From positions 1-56,885 of the forward strand of contig URNC01000001.1 of the NCBI GenBank assembly GCA_900549065.1: DNA of 56,885 bases. The letters are read 5' to 3'. Below, piece by piece: positions 42,021 to 50,816 of the stretch (position 1 is its first letter; each line of letters starts with the position of its first letter). The notes beneath the pieces were generated by a model. That model saw only the letters and a list, made by a program, of their open reading frames with translations, searched no databases and was not told where the DNA came from. The stretch is from an uncultured Collinsella sp. GTDB taxonomy: Bacteria > Actinomycetota > Coriobacteriia > Coriobacteriales > Coriobacteriaceae. The position numbers and the translations under genes are program-made.

Positions 42021-42830
42021 TTATTGAGGCTGCTTTCCAATGTATGCGAGGATTCCACCGTCGACATAGAGGATGTGGCCGTTGACGAAGTTCGACGCGT
42101 CGGAAGCCAAGAACACGGCGGGGCCCTTCAGGTCCTCGGGCGTGCCCCAACGGGCTGCTGGCGTCTTGGCAATGATGAACTGGTCAAACGGGTGACGGCT
42201 GCCATCGGGCTGCTTCTCGCGCAGCGGTGCGGTCTGCGGCGTGGCGATGTAGCCGGGTCCAATGCCGTTGCACTGGATATTGGCCTCGCCAAACTCCGAG
42301 CAGATGTTCTTGGTGAGCATCTTGAGTCCGCCCTTGGCCGCGGCATAGCCGGCGATGGTCTCGCGACCCAGCTCGCTCATCATCGAGCAGATGTTGATGA
42401 TCTTGCCGTGGCCCTTGGCGATCATGCCGGGCAGGCAGGCCTTTGACACGATAAACGGTGCGTTGAGGTCGATATCGACGACGCGGCGGAAGTCCTCGGC
42501 GCTCATGTCGAGCATCGGGGTGCGCTGGATGACGCCAGCGTTGTTGACCAGGATGTCGGGCGTGGTGCCAAAGTCGGTCTCGATCTTGGCGATGAGCTCG
42601 GCGACGACGGCCTCGTCGGTGACGTCTGCCACGTAACCATGAGCCTCAAAGCCCAGCTCGCGGTAGTGCTTCTCGGCCTCGGCTACCTTGTCGGCGTGAC
42701 GTGCGTTAAAGGCGATCTTGGCGCCGGCCTCTCCGAGCGCCTCGGCGATGGCCATGCCAATGCCATAGGTGGCGCCGGTTACGAGCGCGACCTTGCCATC
42801 CAGGCGGAAGCTGTCCATAAGATCAGACAT
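42021..42830 (-). CDS. Short-chain dehydrogenase, KduD/DhuD (gluconate 5-dehydrogenase family)
   Basis: TGATYGIG, NNAG, CSMMSELGRET, YAAAKGGL and GIGPGYIATPQT motifs. Confidence 0.88.
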   Translation of the reverse strand: MSDLMDSFRLDGKVALVTGATYGIGMAIAEALGEAGAKIAFNARHADKVAEAEKHYRELGFEAHGYVADVTDEAVVAELIAKIETDFGTTPDILVNNAGVIQRTPMLDMSAEDFRRVVDIDLNAPFIVSKACLPGMIAKGHGKIINICSMMSELGRETIAGYAAAKGGLKMLTKNICSEFGEANIQCNGIGPGYIATPQTAPLREKQPDGSRHPFDQFIIAKTPAARWGTPEDLKGPAVFLASDASNFVNGHILYVDGGILAYIGKQPQ

Positions 42831-42934
42831 AGCGATCCTTTCAAAAGAAACGTTCATCTATATAAGGCTTGCTTTTCATACAAGGTCAGTATAGGAGAAG
42901 AGGAGGATTTAACAATCAGATTCTCCTAAAATCA

Positions 42935-42948
42935 GGTGAACGTTCACT
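42935..42948. promoter_or_regulatory. GGTGAACGTTCAC operator upstream of the dehydrogenase-isomerase pair
   Basis: GGTGAACGTTCACT; a weaker site near 42846-42858. Confidence 0.8.
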
Positions 42949-42990
42949 TTTAAAAGGTAAACGGTAATCTCGCCCTTGCCGCGCGGACGT

Positions 42991-43683
42991 TTATTCGCTC
43001 TGTTCCTGCGTGCCCTCTGCGATCATGTTGCGGTTGTACACCAGGTGCAGATACATCGCGTCGTGCGCGGCGGTGGGATTGCGCGAGGCGATGGCGTCGG
43101 CCACATCGCGGTGCGTGCGGATAGTTTCCTCGACGAGCTTTTTGCCGGTCACGTCGATAAAGAGGGGGACGGATGCCTTGAGCACGCCCGTCAGGCGGGG
43201 AACGACGAGGTTTCCGGAGCTCTCGGCAATGGCATTGTGGAACGCGGTGTCGGCGGCGGAGTAATCCTCACCGGCCTCGGCCAGGCGCTCGGATTCGTCG
43301 CAGAGCTTTTTGATACAGACGACCTGGTCGTTGGTTGCGTGCTCGGCTGCCATGCGTGCCATCTGCGGCTCGATCATAAAGCGCACCTCGAGTAGGTCGC
43401 GCGCCAGACGCTGCTTGTCGTCGATAAAGGTAAAGCCCAGCGGGTCGTCGGCAACGCCGGGGTTTGACGCCACATAGGTGCCCGAACCCTGCTTAATGCG
43501 CACGATATTGCGCGACTGCAGCAACTTCATGGCCTCGCGCACGGTGCTCCTGCCGGCGCCCAAGCGCTCGACCAGCACGGTTTCCTTAGGCAGGCGATCG
43601 CCTTGCTCAAGGTGTTCATCCAGAATCAATTGAATGATTTTCTCCGATATTTGCTCGGGGAGTCCCGATTCGGCGCGGGCCAT
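42991..43683 (-). CDS. GntR/FadR family regulator
   Basis: GDRLPKE, GRSTVREA and QGSGTYV wHTH plus FCD domain. Confidence 0.93.
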   Translation of the reverse strand: MARAESGLPEQISEKIIQLILDEHLEQGDRLPKETVLVERLGAGRSTVREAMKLLQSRNIVRIKQGSGTYVASNPGVADDPLGFTFIDDKQRLARDLLEVRFMIEPQMARMAAEHATNDQVVCIKKLCDESERLAEAGEDYSAADTAFHNAIAESSGNLVVPRLTGVLKASVPLFIDVTGKKLVEETIRTHRDVADAIASRNPTAAHDAMYLHLVYNRNMIAEGTQEQSE

Positions 43684-43808
43684 AGCTATACCTCTCATTA
43701 CAAAATTCATCTGAGCTATTTTAGCGCACCACGGATGCAATATTGGCCGCTGGATTTGAGTCGGGCGGCTTAGATATACCGTTCGCAGCGCAAATACGAC
43801 CGTTTACC

Positions 43809-43904
43809 AAATACATCAGATGTATTTCGAACAAATTTCAAAATAAAACATCAGACCTTTCCAAAACACGCTATAGTCATCAGACGAATTCAAAAGGTCT
43901 GATG
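43809..43904. promoter_or_regulatory. CATCAGA repeat sites, candidate FadR-family operators
   Basis: Palindrome AAATACATCAGATGTATTT at 43809-43827; CATCAGA at 43849 and 43878; inverted TCTGATG at 43898. Confidence 0.7.
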
Positions 43905-43917
43905 AATTGGAGGAAAG

Positions 43918-45279
43918 ATGTCAGACCCAACGTTTATGGCCGACCCCACCAGGCTGGTCATCGCCGCCATCGTGGGCATTGCGCTGCTGCTTGCGCTCAT
44001 CATTAAGTTCAAGCTGCATCCCGTGCTTTCGATGATGGTCTCGGCGCTCGCGATCGGCATCGGCGCCGGTATGCCGCTCGACCTGGTGGCGGACACTGTC
44101 ACCAAGGGCGTGGGCACCACGCTGCAAAACATCGCCCTGCTCATTGGCCTGGGCTCGATGTTTGGTCAGATTCTTGAAGAGAGCGGCGGCGCCAAGAAGA
44201 TCGCCCAGACCTTCATCGATACCTTTGGGCAGGGTCACTCCAGCTGGGCGCTGGGAGTTACCGGTCTGGTTATCGGCACTACGGTGTTCTTTGAGGCCGG
44301 CGTGGTCGTTTTGATCCCACTTGCGTTTAGCGTGGCATCGCAGACCAAAAAGTCGACGCTCTACTACGGCATCGCGCTGCTCGCAGGGCTTGCCGCTGGC
44401 TATGCGTTTGTGCCGCCATCGGCCGGTTCGGTTCTGGTCGCCGGCACGCTCGGTGTCGACCTGGGCACCATGATTCTCGTCGGTATCCCTACCGCCTTCA
44501 TCGCTATGGCGATCGCCGGCGTCATCTGGGGTCGCAACGTGGGCAGTCGCATTTTTACCGATGTTCCGGAGCACTTTACCTCTGCCGAGGGTGCGAGCGA
44601 CGAAAAGGAGCTTCCCTCCTTTGGCATGGTGCTTGCCATCGTGCTCACGCCGCTTTGTCTGATTTTGCTGGGCACGTTGTCCTCTTATATCCCCATGCCC
44701 GCCGAGCTCGCCTCGATTCTCGCCTTCCTGGGCAAGCCGTTTGTCGCTTTGACGCTCGCCACGCTCGTCGCGATGTATCTGCTGGGCGCGCGGCGCGGCT
44801 ACTCCGGCGCCGAGCTCAAGGCCCTGCTCGACCGTTCGCTTAAGCCCGTCGGCATGATCTTGCTGGTCATTGCCTGCGGCGGTGTGATCCGCTGGATGCT
44901 GCAGGACTGCGGCCTGGGCCAGGTTATCGGCCCTATGCTCGAGGCCTCACTGCTGCCTTTGGTGGTCGTTGCCTTTTTGATTGCCGTCATGGTGCGTGCC
45001 TCTGTCGGCAGCTCCATCGTCGCTATGACCATGGCATCGGGCATTATGGCCGCCATGCCTGCGGTTGCCGGAGCCTCAGTGCTCATGCGTGCCGCTATCT
45101 GTCTTGCTATCTGCGGCGGTGCCACGGCCCTCTCGCACGTCAACGATGCCGGTTTTTGGATGTGCTCCTCGTTCCTGGAGATTGATGAGAAGACAACCCT
45201 CAAGTCCTGGACCATTATGGAGACGCTCATCGGCCTTTCGGGTCTTGCCTGCGCCCTGGTGATTTCGTTCTTCGCCTAG
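43918..45279 (+). CDS. GntP-family sugar-acid permease
   Basis: KFKLHP, GQILEESGGA and SHVNDAGFW motifs. Confidence 0.93.
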   Translation: MSDPTFMADPTRLVIAAIVGIALLLALIIKFKLHPVLSMMVSALAIGIGAGMPLDLVADTVTKGVGTTLQNIALLIGLGSMFGQILEESGGAKKIAQTFIDTFGQGHSSWALGVTGLVIGTTVFFEAGVVVLIPLAFSVASQTKKSTLYYGIALLAGLAAGYAFVPPSAGSVLVAGTLGVDLGTMILVGIPTAFIAMAIAGVIWGRNVGSRIFTDVPEHFTSAEGASDEKELPSFGMVLAIVLTPLCLILLGTLSSYIPMPAELASILAFLGKPFVALTLATLVAMYLLGARRGYSGAELKALLDRSLKPVGMILLVIACGGVIRWMLQDCGLGQVIGPMLEASLLPLVVVAFLIAVMVRASVGSSIVAMTMASGIMAAMPAVAGASVLMRAAICLAICGGATALSHVNDAGFWMCSSFLEIDEKTTLKSWTIMETLIGLSGLACALVISFFA

Positions 45280-45387
45280 TTCGCGTAGCTAAGCATCTTT
45301 TGCCGAGGGCATCGCTCGGTACCCATTTACACCTGATTCATTAACCAACGGTTGGTACAACCGTTCAAATCAAAAGAGGAGAGCATC

Positions 45388-47166
45388 ATGGACGAGAAGA
45401 CCAAGGCACAGATTCAGCAGGAGGCCGCCGACCTGGTTGCCAAGCTGCAGCCGCGTTCCGGCAAGTTTCGCACCATCAGCCCCGAGATGGACCCGCTGCG
45501 TCTGGGCTCTGGCTGGTCCATCGAGGATCTGGACAAGCCGCAGGTCATTATCGAGTCGACGTTCGGCGACTCGCACCCGGGTTCTGCCGGCCTGTTTGAT
45601 CTGGTCGAGGAGGTCCGTGCTGGCGTTGCCGAGGCTGGCGGTCACGGTGCTCGTTACTTCTGCACCGACATTTGCGACGGTGAGGCCCAGGGCCACGACG
45701 GCATCAACTACTCGCTGCCCAGCCGCGACATGATCGCCAACATGATCGAGATTCATGCCAAGGCCACCCCGTTCGACGCCGGCGTTTTTGTCGCCAGCTG
45801 CGATAAGGGCTTGCCTGCGAACCTTATGGCCATGGGCCGCATCAACATTCCCTCCATCGTCGTTACCGGCGGTGTCATGGATGCCGGTCCCGACCTGCTG
45901 ACCCTGGAGCAGCTCGGCGCCATCTCGGCCCGCTATGAGCGCGGCGAGATTTCCCGCGAGGAGCTCGAGTTTGCCAAGCACAACGCATGCCCCAGCTGCG
46001 GCGCCTGCTCCTTTATGGGTACCGCCTCGACCATGCAGGTCACGGCCGAGGCCCTGGGCCTTATGCTCCCCGGCACGGCTCTGCTGCCCGCAACCAGCTC
46101 CGATCTGCGTGAGTTTGCGCGCGAGGCTGGCCGTCAGTCCGTGTGGCTCTCCGAGCACAACCTGTGCCCCCGCGACATCGTGACCAAGGAGTCCTTCGAG
46201 AATCTCATCATGGTCCACGGCGCCATCTCCGGTTCCACCAACTCGCTGCTGCACATTCCCGCGATCGCCCGCGAGTTTGGCATCGAGATGTCCGCCGACG
46301 ATTTCGATCGCCTGCACCGTGGCGCCCACTACCTGCTCAACGTTCGCCCCGCAGGCGAGTGGCCGGCGCAGTTCTTCTACTATGCGGGCGGCGTGCCGCG
46401 CATCATGGAGGAGATCAAGTCGATGCTCCACCTCGACGTTATGACCGCCACCGGCAAGACTCTCGGCGAGAACCTCGAGGACCTCAAGAACAACGGTTAC
46501 TACGAGAAGTGCGGTCGTTACCTTGAGAAGTGGAATCTCAAGCGCGAGGACATCATCCGTCCGTTTGACCAGGCCTTCGGCACCGACGGTTCCATCGCCA
46601 TCCTCCACGGCAATCTTGCTCCCGAGGGCGCGGTCGTCAAGCACACCGTCGTTCCGCGCGAGATGTTCCAGGCTACGCTCAAGGCCCGTCCGTTCGACTG
46701 CGAGGAGGACGCCATTCACGCCGTCCTGACGCACGAGGTCAAGCCCGGCGATGCCGTTATCATTCGTTATGAGGGCCCCAAGGGTTCCGGCATGCCCGAG
46801 ATGTTCTACACCACCGAAGCTATCGCCAGCGACCCCGAGCTGGGCGCGAGCATTGCCCTGATCACTGACGGCCGCTTCTCCGGCGCTTCCAAGGGCCCGG
46901 CTATCGGTCACGTTTCGCCCGAGGCCGCTGTGGGCGGCCCGATTGCCCTGATCGAGGAGGGCGACCTTATCCAGATCAATATTCCCGAGCGCTCGCTGTC
47001 TATCGTGGGCATCGCCGGCAAGGAGATGGAGCCGGCCGAGGTCGACGCCGTCCTGGCCGAGCGCCGAGCCGCTTGGAAGCCCAAGGCTAATCGCTATACC
47101 TCCGGCACGCTCAAGTTCTTTACCGAGCATGCGGTTTCCGCCATTCAGGGTGGCTACATGGAGTAG
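45388..47166 (+). CDS. IlvD/Edd-family dehydratase, probably sugar-acid specific
   Basis: DICDG, SCDKG, CGACSFMGTASTM, GSTN, YEGPKG and TDGRFSG motifs; downstream of gntP. Confidence 0.88.
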   Translation: MDEKTKAQIQQEAADLVAKLQPRSGKFRTISPEMDPLRLGSGWSIEDLDKPQVIIESTFGDSHPGSAGLFDLVEEVRAGVAEAGGHGARYFCTDICDGEAQGHDGINYSLPSRDMIANMIEIHAKATPFDAGVFVASCDKGLPANLMAMGRINIPSIVVTGGVMDAGPDLLTLEQLGAISARYERGEISREELEFAKHNACPSCGACSFMGTASTMQVTAEALGLMLPGTALLPATSSDLREFAREAGRQSVWLSEHNLCPRDIVTKESFENLIMVHGAISGSTNSLLHIPAIAREFGIEMSADDFDRLHRGAHYLLNVRPAGEWPAQFFYYAGGVPRIMEEIKSMLHLDVMTATGKTLGENLEDLKNNGYYEKCGRYLEKWNLKREDIIRPFDQAFGTDGSIAILHGNLAPEGAVVKHTVVPREMFQATLKARPFDCEEDAIHAVLTHEVKPGDAVIIRYEGPKGSGMPEMFYTTEAIASDPELGASIALITDGRFSGASKGPAIGHVSPEAAVGGPIALIEEGDLIQINIPERSLSIVGIAGKEMEPAEVDAVLAERRAAWKPKANRYTSGTLKFFTEHAVSAIQGGYME

Positions 47167-47203
47167 CGCCCGGGCGCATCGATTCCCTCTCATAGATGCG
47201 TGG

Positions 47204-47245
47204 CGCAAAGAGCCCCGAGTTCATACGAGCTCGGGGCTCTTTGCG
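47204..47245. terminator. Terminator after the dehydratase
   Basis: Long stem GCAAAGAGCCCCGAG/CTCGGGGCTCTTTGC. Confidence 0.75.
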
Positions 47246-47268
47246 TCTAGATTGGGGACGCATAGCCG

Positions 47269-47360
47269 GACGAAAACAATTTACGTCTTGATTCCGTACG
47301 CAAATCAAGACGAAAACCGTTTACGTCTGCTTTAAATCCGTACGAAAACGGTTTTCGTCT
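47269..47360. repeat. Three 20-bp imperfect palindromic repeats
   Basis: GACGAAAACAATTTACGTCT at 47269, GACGAAAACCGTTTACGTCT at 47309, TACGAAAACGGTTTTCGTCT at 47341. Confidence 0.7.
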
Positions 47361-47379
47361 TGCAGGGCAGTTGTCGTTT

Positions 47380-48471
47380 CTACAGTTCAACTTCCAGTTC
47401 GGCTTTGTGCTCGTAGAGGTAGTCGCGCATGTAGGGGATGGCAAATGAAACCTTGCCGTACGAAGGAGCCTCGATAATCGATTCTCTTAACAGGCGGCTG
47501 CGGACGGAGCTCACCTGTTGAGGCGTTTTGTTTAGGGCATCGGCAACCATGCTGGTCGAGCTCGTCTGCCCCAAAGACGCCATGCTCAGCAGATAAGCGA
47601 TGCACGTGGGCGGAATGCGCTGCAGCGCGGGCTCAATCACCATGGCGCAGAAGCGTTCGCGTGCCGTTGCAATGCCACGCTCGGCTTCTTCTTCTCCAAT
47701 AATCGCTGTATGTGCGCGTCTTGCCAACTGCCATGCGTAGTATCCAACGAGTTGGATCATGAAAGGATAGCCTTGCGTTGCCTCGGCAAGTTGGCCGGCA
47801 ATACCTGGCTGCAACTCCACGCCAGACGCTTCAATGGTTTCCTCGAGGGAATACAACACTTCGGTTACTGCCACAGCCTTCAGGTCAAAGGGGAGGGCGC
47901 GGCGCAAAAACGCAAGTGTCTTTCCGTTGATGATGCTTTCAATCATCGAAGGCAGACCCGCAAAAACAAAGGCGATATCAAGGTCTTCGCCGATAACCTG
48001 CTGAATCGCAATGGAGAGCGTTCGGACCTCATCGAGCTCTGCGTCTTGAACCTCGTCGAGAGTGATGAGCAGGCCATTTCCATTCTTGGATATTGTCTGT
48101 CTCATGGCGTCGCGTAGCGATGGGCCGATTCGCTCAATATCTATGCTGCCGATGGATATGCCAGCTACGGTGGGCTCAAATCTGGCGTGTTTGGCCTGGA
48201 ATTTGGGCTGCAGCTGTTCGAGAATGCGCTGGCAAAGTCCCTCGGTTGCGACCTCTTTTATGACCGTCCAGCCACGGCTTTGCGCCAAACGTGAGCACTC
48301 GTCAAGGAGGACCGTCTTGCCCGTTCCACGGACGCCGGCTATGCGCATTAGGCGCCCCGGGGCACCAGGCCCGTTGACGAGGCCTTCATTGAATTCTTCG
48401 AGTACATCTTCGCGGCCGATAATCGTGGGGGGTGTTTTACCTGCTGTGGGCTTAAAAGGGTTTGTTTGCAT
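47380..48471 (-). CDS. AAA-family ATPase with probable C-terminal winged-helix domain
   Basis: NPF.P..G..P..IGRE, Walker A GVRGTGKT, Walker B LLITLDEVQ, GYPFMIQ and an HTH-like C-terminus. Confidence 0.88.
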   Translation of the reverse strand: MQTNPFKPTAGKTPPTIIGREDVLEEFNEGLVNGPGAPGRLMRIAGVRGTGKTVLLDECSRLAQSRGWTVIKEVATEGLCQRILEQLQPKFQAKHARFEPTVAGISIGSIDIERIGPSLRDAMRQTISKNGNGLLITLDEVQDAELDEVRTLSIAIQQVIGEDLDIAFVFAGLPSMIESIINGKTLAFLRRALPFDLKAVAVTEVLYSLEETIEASGVELQPGIAGQLAEATQGYPFMIQLVGYYAWQLARRAHTAIIGEEEAERGIATARERFCAMVIEPALQRIPPTCIAYLLSMASLGQTSSTSMVADALNKTPQQVSSVRSRLLRESIIEAPSYGKVSFAIPYMRDYLYEHKAELEVEL

Positions 48472-48487
48472 GTGAGCCACCTTTGCT

Positions 48488-48537
48488 CAAGATATAGCAA
48501 GATATAGCAAAGTATAGTGAGATATAGCAACGTATAG
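48488..48537. repeat. Five tandem 10-bp repeats upstream of the ATPase
   Basis: CAAGATATAG CAAGATATAG CAAAGTATAG TGAGATATAG CAACGTATAG. Confidence 0.85.
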
Positions 48538-48564
48538 CGCTGTTCGCGGGTTCTTACGGTGGTG

Positions 48565-49245
48565 CTATTTTCCGAATGCCGCGCGGATAAAGCGCTGGGC
48601 GAACAGCTTGTTGGCGACGTTGATGACATGGCCCAGGAACAGTGCCGAGATGGCGGTCGTGACGCCAAAGCCGCCCAGGTTGTACATAAAGATCAGCGAC
48701 AACGCGAGCGAGGCGGCGACATGTGAGCAGTCAAACACGACTTTTACGTCACCAAAGCGGCGTTTAAGCTTTTCGGCAATGACTTGCACCAAGCCGTCGG
48801 GCGCGTTGGGGACAACGCCCATGTTGACGACGAGACTTACGCCAAATGCGGTGACAGCGAGGGAGAGCAGCATGGTCGCAATCTGTGTGGGGAGTGCCGT
48901 GGGATGCAGTGGGTTGACCGCCATGAAGAGGTCGGTCAAGCCGCCAATCAGCGTTGAGAAGAACAACTCGAGCAGGATGCGCGGCTGGAACTCGCTTCGC
49001 AAGATGGCTAATTGCGCCACGATGTAGGCGACGTAGGTTGCGGTGATCCAAAAGCCGAGCGTCTTGCCAGTGAGCATGGATAGGGTTGTGGCAAAGCACG
49101 TGAGCGCGGCGACGCCCAGACCGGATGCCGTCTGGAGACTCATACCGAGTGCCAGTACTGCAACGCCCACAAGATACATCAGCATTCTGATGACGGTATG
49201 GCACCAGTCGATGTTCTCGCCATGCATGATGATGAGCGGTCGCAT
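48565..49245 (-). CDS. YczE/YitT-family membrane protein
   Basis: Hydrophobic two-repeat protein with LG.S...SGLG, APDGL and VKVVFD patterns; GAAAGGA RBS. Confidence 0.8.
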   Translation of the reverse strand: MRPLIIMHGENIDWCHTVIRMLMYLVGVAVLALGMSLQTASGLGVAALTCFATTLSMLTGKTLGFWITATYVAYIVAQLAILRSEFQPRILLELFFSTLIGGLTDLFMAVNPLHPTALPTQIATMLLSLAVTAFGVSLVVNMGVVPNAPDGLVQVIAEKLKRRFGDVKVVFDCSHVAASLALSLIFMYNLGGFGVTTAISALFLGHVINVANKLFAQRFIRAAFGK

Positions 49246-49271
49246 GTTGCTACCCGTCCTTTCGGTTGTGT

Positions 49272-49505
49272 GAAAAAGCTGACCCGGGCCGGCAAAAGAG
49301 GGTTATCGGAGGCACTGCTGCAAAAGCAGAAAAGCCGGCCCCACGGTCAGTCGTCTAGGAAGTGTCTCGCTGTGCCGGAATGGGACTAAAGGTCCAACGA
49401 GACGGGAAGAAAGCAAATGGCATTGCGTGGGCGATAAGATGCCAAGATGGTAGGGTGTGTCTTAGCATCCTATTGCCCACGCTCAACGAAATCGGTTTCG
49501 TTTGA
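49272..49505 (-). ncRNA. Putative structured RNA (leader or sRNA), copy A
   Basis: Three stem-loop domains homologous to 51508-51697 and 52791-52848; upstream TATACT box; ends in a stem followed by a U-run. Confidence 0.62.
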
Positions 49506-49516
49506 GCCTAAGTATA
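49486..49516 (-). promoter_or_regulatory. ACGAAATCGGTTTCGT operator plus TATACT -10 box
   Basis: Identical 18-mer ACGAAATCGGTTTCGTTT at 49486 and 52864; AGTATA at 49511-49516 on the plus strand. Confidence 0.75.
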
Positions 49517-49554
49517 CGCACGGGATTTTATTTGCGAAGAGAAAAACAATAAAA

Positions 49555-49570
49555 AGGTGAACGTTCACCT
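49555..49570. promoter_or_regulatory. AGGTGAACGTTCACCT operator
   Basis: Perfect 16-bp palindrome, identical to 23246-23261. Confidence 0.85.
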
Positions 49571-49593
49571 AATCGCAACAACTCGTTGGCTGT

Positions 49594-49660
49594 AGTTGCG
49601 GTGGAATAGTTCCTGTTTTTGCTGCTGAAGGCCTTGAACAGGAACTATTCCACCGCAACT
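49594..49660. repeat. 67-bp palindromic repeat, copy 3
   Basis: AGTTGCGGTGGAATAGTTCCTGTT...AACAGGAACTATTCCACCGCAACT. Confidence 0.88.
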
Positions 49661-49732
49661 TATGAGGGGGCGGGGGATGCGATAGTATTGCATGGTGGTA
49701 TTCGACTAACCGAGGACTTATCCGAGGGCTTT

Positions 49733-50425
49733 ATGGAACAGCACCAGCATTATCAGAGCCTGCAAGACCAGGCGTACAACGCATTGCGCTCCAAGATCAT
49801 CTATGCCGAGCTCAGGCCCGGCACGCGTCTTTCGGCGATTGGTCTGGAAAAGGAGACGGGAATCGGGCGCACGCCCATTCGCGAATCCTTTGTGCGCCTG
49901 CGTGAGCAGGAGCTGGTGGAAACGCGTCCCAAAAGCGGCACCTACGTCTCTAAGATCAGCATGGAACGCGCCGAAAACGCCTGCTTTTTGCGCGAGAAGC
50001 TCGAGAGAAGCGTGCTAATTAAATGCTGTTCGGCCGCCTTGCCCGAGCAAAAGCAGCGGCTTGAGCAGATTCTTACCGAGTCCGAGTCGCTCGACCATGG
50101 CGAAACGCGCCGTTTCTTTGACCTGGATAACCTGTTCCATGAGACATGTTTTGAGATTGCCGGTCGTCACATGTTGTGGGATTGGATGAAGAGCATCAAC
50201 ACGCATTTTGAGCGATATAACTGGTTGCGTATGGTGTCGCAGGATTTGGATTGGGAGCCGATTCGTCGGCAGCATCGCCGGATTCTCGAGGCCATTAAGA
50301 GGGGCGATACCGACGCGGCGAGCTATCTGGCAGAGACACACCTGCACCTGATGCCCGAAGAGCAAGGTCCGGTTATCGCCTTGCATCCCGACTATTTTGA
50401 GCTGTCCAAAGACTCGTTCATCTAA
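49733..50425 (+). CDS. GntR family regulator (FCD domain)
   Basis: LRPGTRLS, GRTPIRE, PKSGTYV and DNLFH motifs. Confidence 0.92.
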   Translation: MEQHQHYQSLQDQAYNALRSKIIYAELRPGTRLSAIGLEKETGIGRTPIRESFVRLREQELVETRPKSGTYVSKISMERAENACFLREKLERSVLIKCCSAALPEQKQRLEQILTESESLDHGETRRFFDLDNLFHETCFEIAGRHMLWDWMKSINTHFERYNWLRMVSQDLDWEPIRRQHRRILEAIKRGDTDAASYLAETHLHLMPEEQGPVIALHPDYFELSKDSFI

Positions 50426-50439
50426 TCAATCCCCATATA

Positions 50440-50506
50440 AGTTGCGGTGAAATAGGGACTGTTTTGTGACCTAGGTGGCGCAAACAGTCCCTATTTCACC
50501 GCAACT
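50440..50506. repeat. 67-bp palindromic repeat, copy 4
   Basis: AGTTGCGGTGAAATAGGGACTGTTT...AAACAGTCCCTATTTCACCGCAACT. Confidence 0.88.
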
Positions 50507-50761
50507 GCGTTGGGGTGTGACCGGGGCACAAAGATGCGGTGCCGCTTGGAGGAAAAGACCGGAAGCAAGGGTCCATTCCTCTAGACGGCGCCGCAGCTGT
50601 TTTGGTGGCTCGGCTTTTGTCGAAGTGGCTCAGTTGAGCGCGGTTGCCAACCGAGTAGACAAAGCGGCTCGGGGGCGTGTCGCTTCCGTCACGTTCTATC
50701 AGCATACAAGACGGTTTTGGTTCTTGTTCGTGACGGAAACGGCGCGCTTCCGAGCCGCTTT

Positions 50762-50799
50762 AAAAGAAAGGGGGCGAGGTCTAGGGCACGCCCCCTTTC
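50762..50799 (-). terminator. Intrinsic terminator of eda
   Basis: GAAAGGGGGCG/CGCCCCCTTTC stem with a U-rich tail on the minus strand. Confidence 0.75.
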
Positions 50800-50816
50800 A
50801 CGATAGAGAGCTAAAC

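Noticed and set aside
45388..47166. Calling this gene ilvD
   Set aside because: The GntP and FadR context indicates a sugar-acid dehydratase; specificity cannot be fixed from sequence
48488..48537. 10-bp repeats as plasmid or phage origin iterons
   Set aside because: No recognisable Rep, integrase or partition genes nearby; kept only as a candidate regulatory array
49355..49423. 22-codon minus-strand uORF (MPFAFFPSRW...) as a leader peptide
   Set aside because: No RBS, and no equivalent frame was noticed in copy B; the conservation pattern fits RNA structure better
38985..50506. 67-bp repeats as a CRISPR array
   Set aside because: Dispersed over more than 11 kb, no repeat-spacer periodicity and no cas genes
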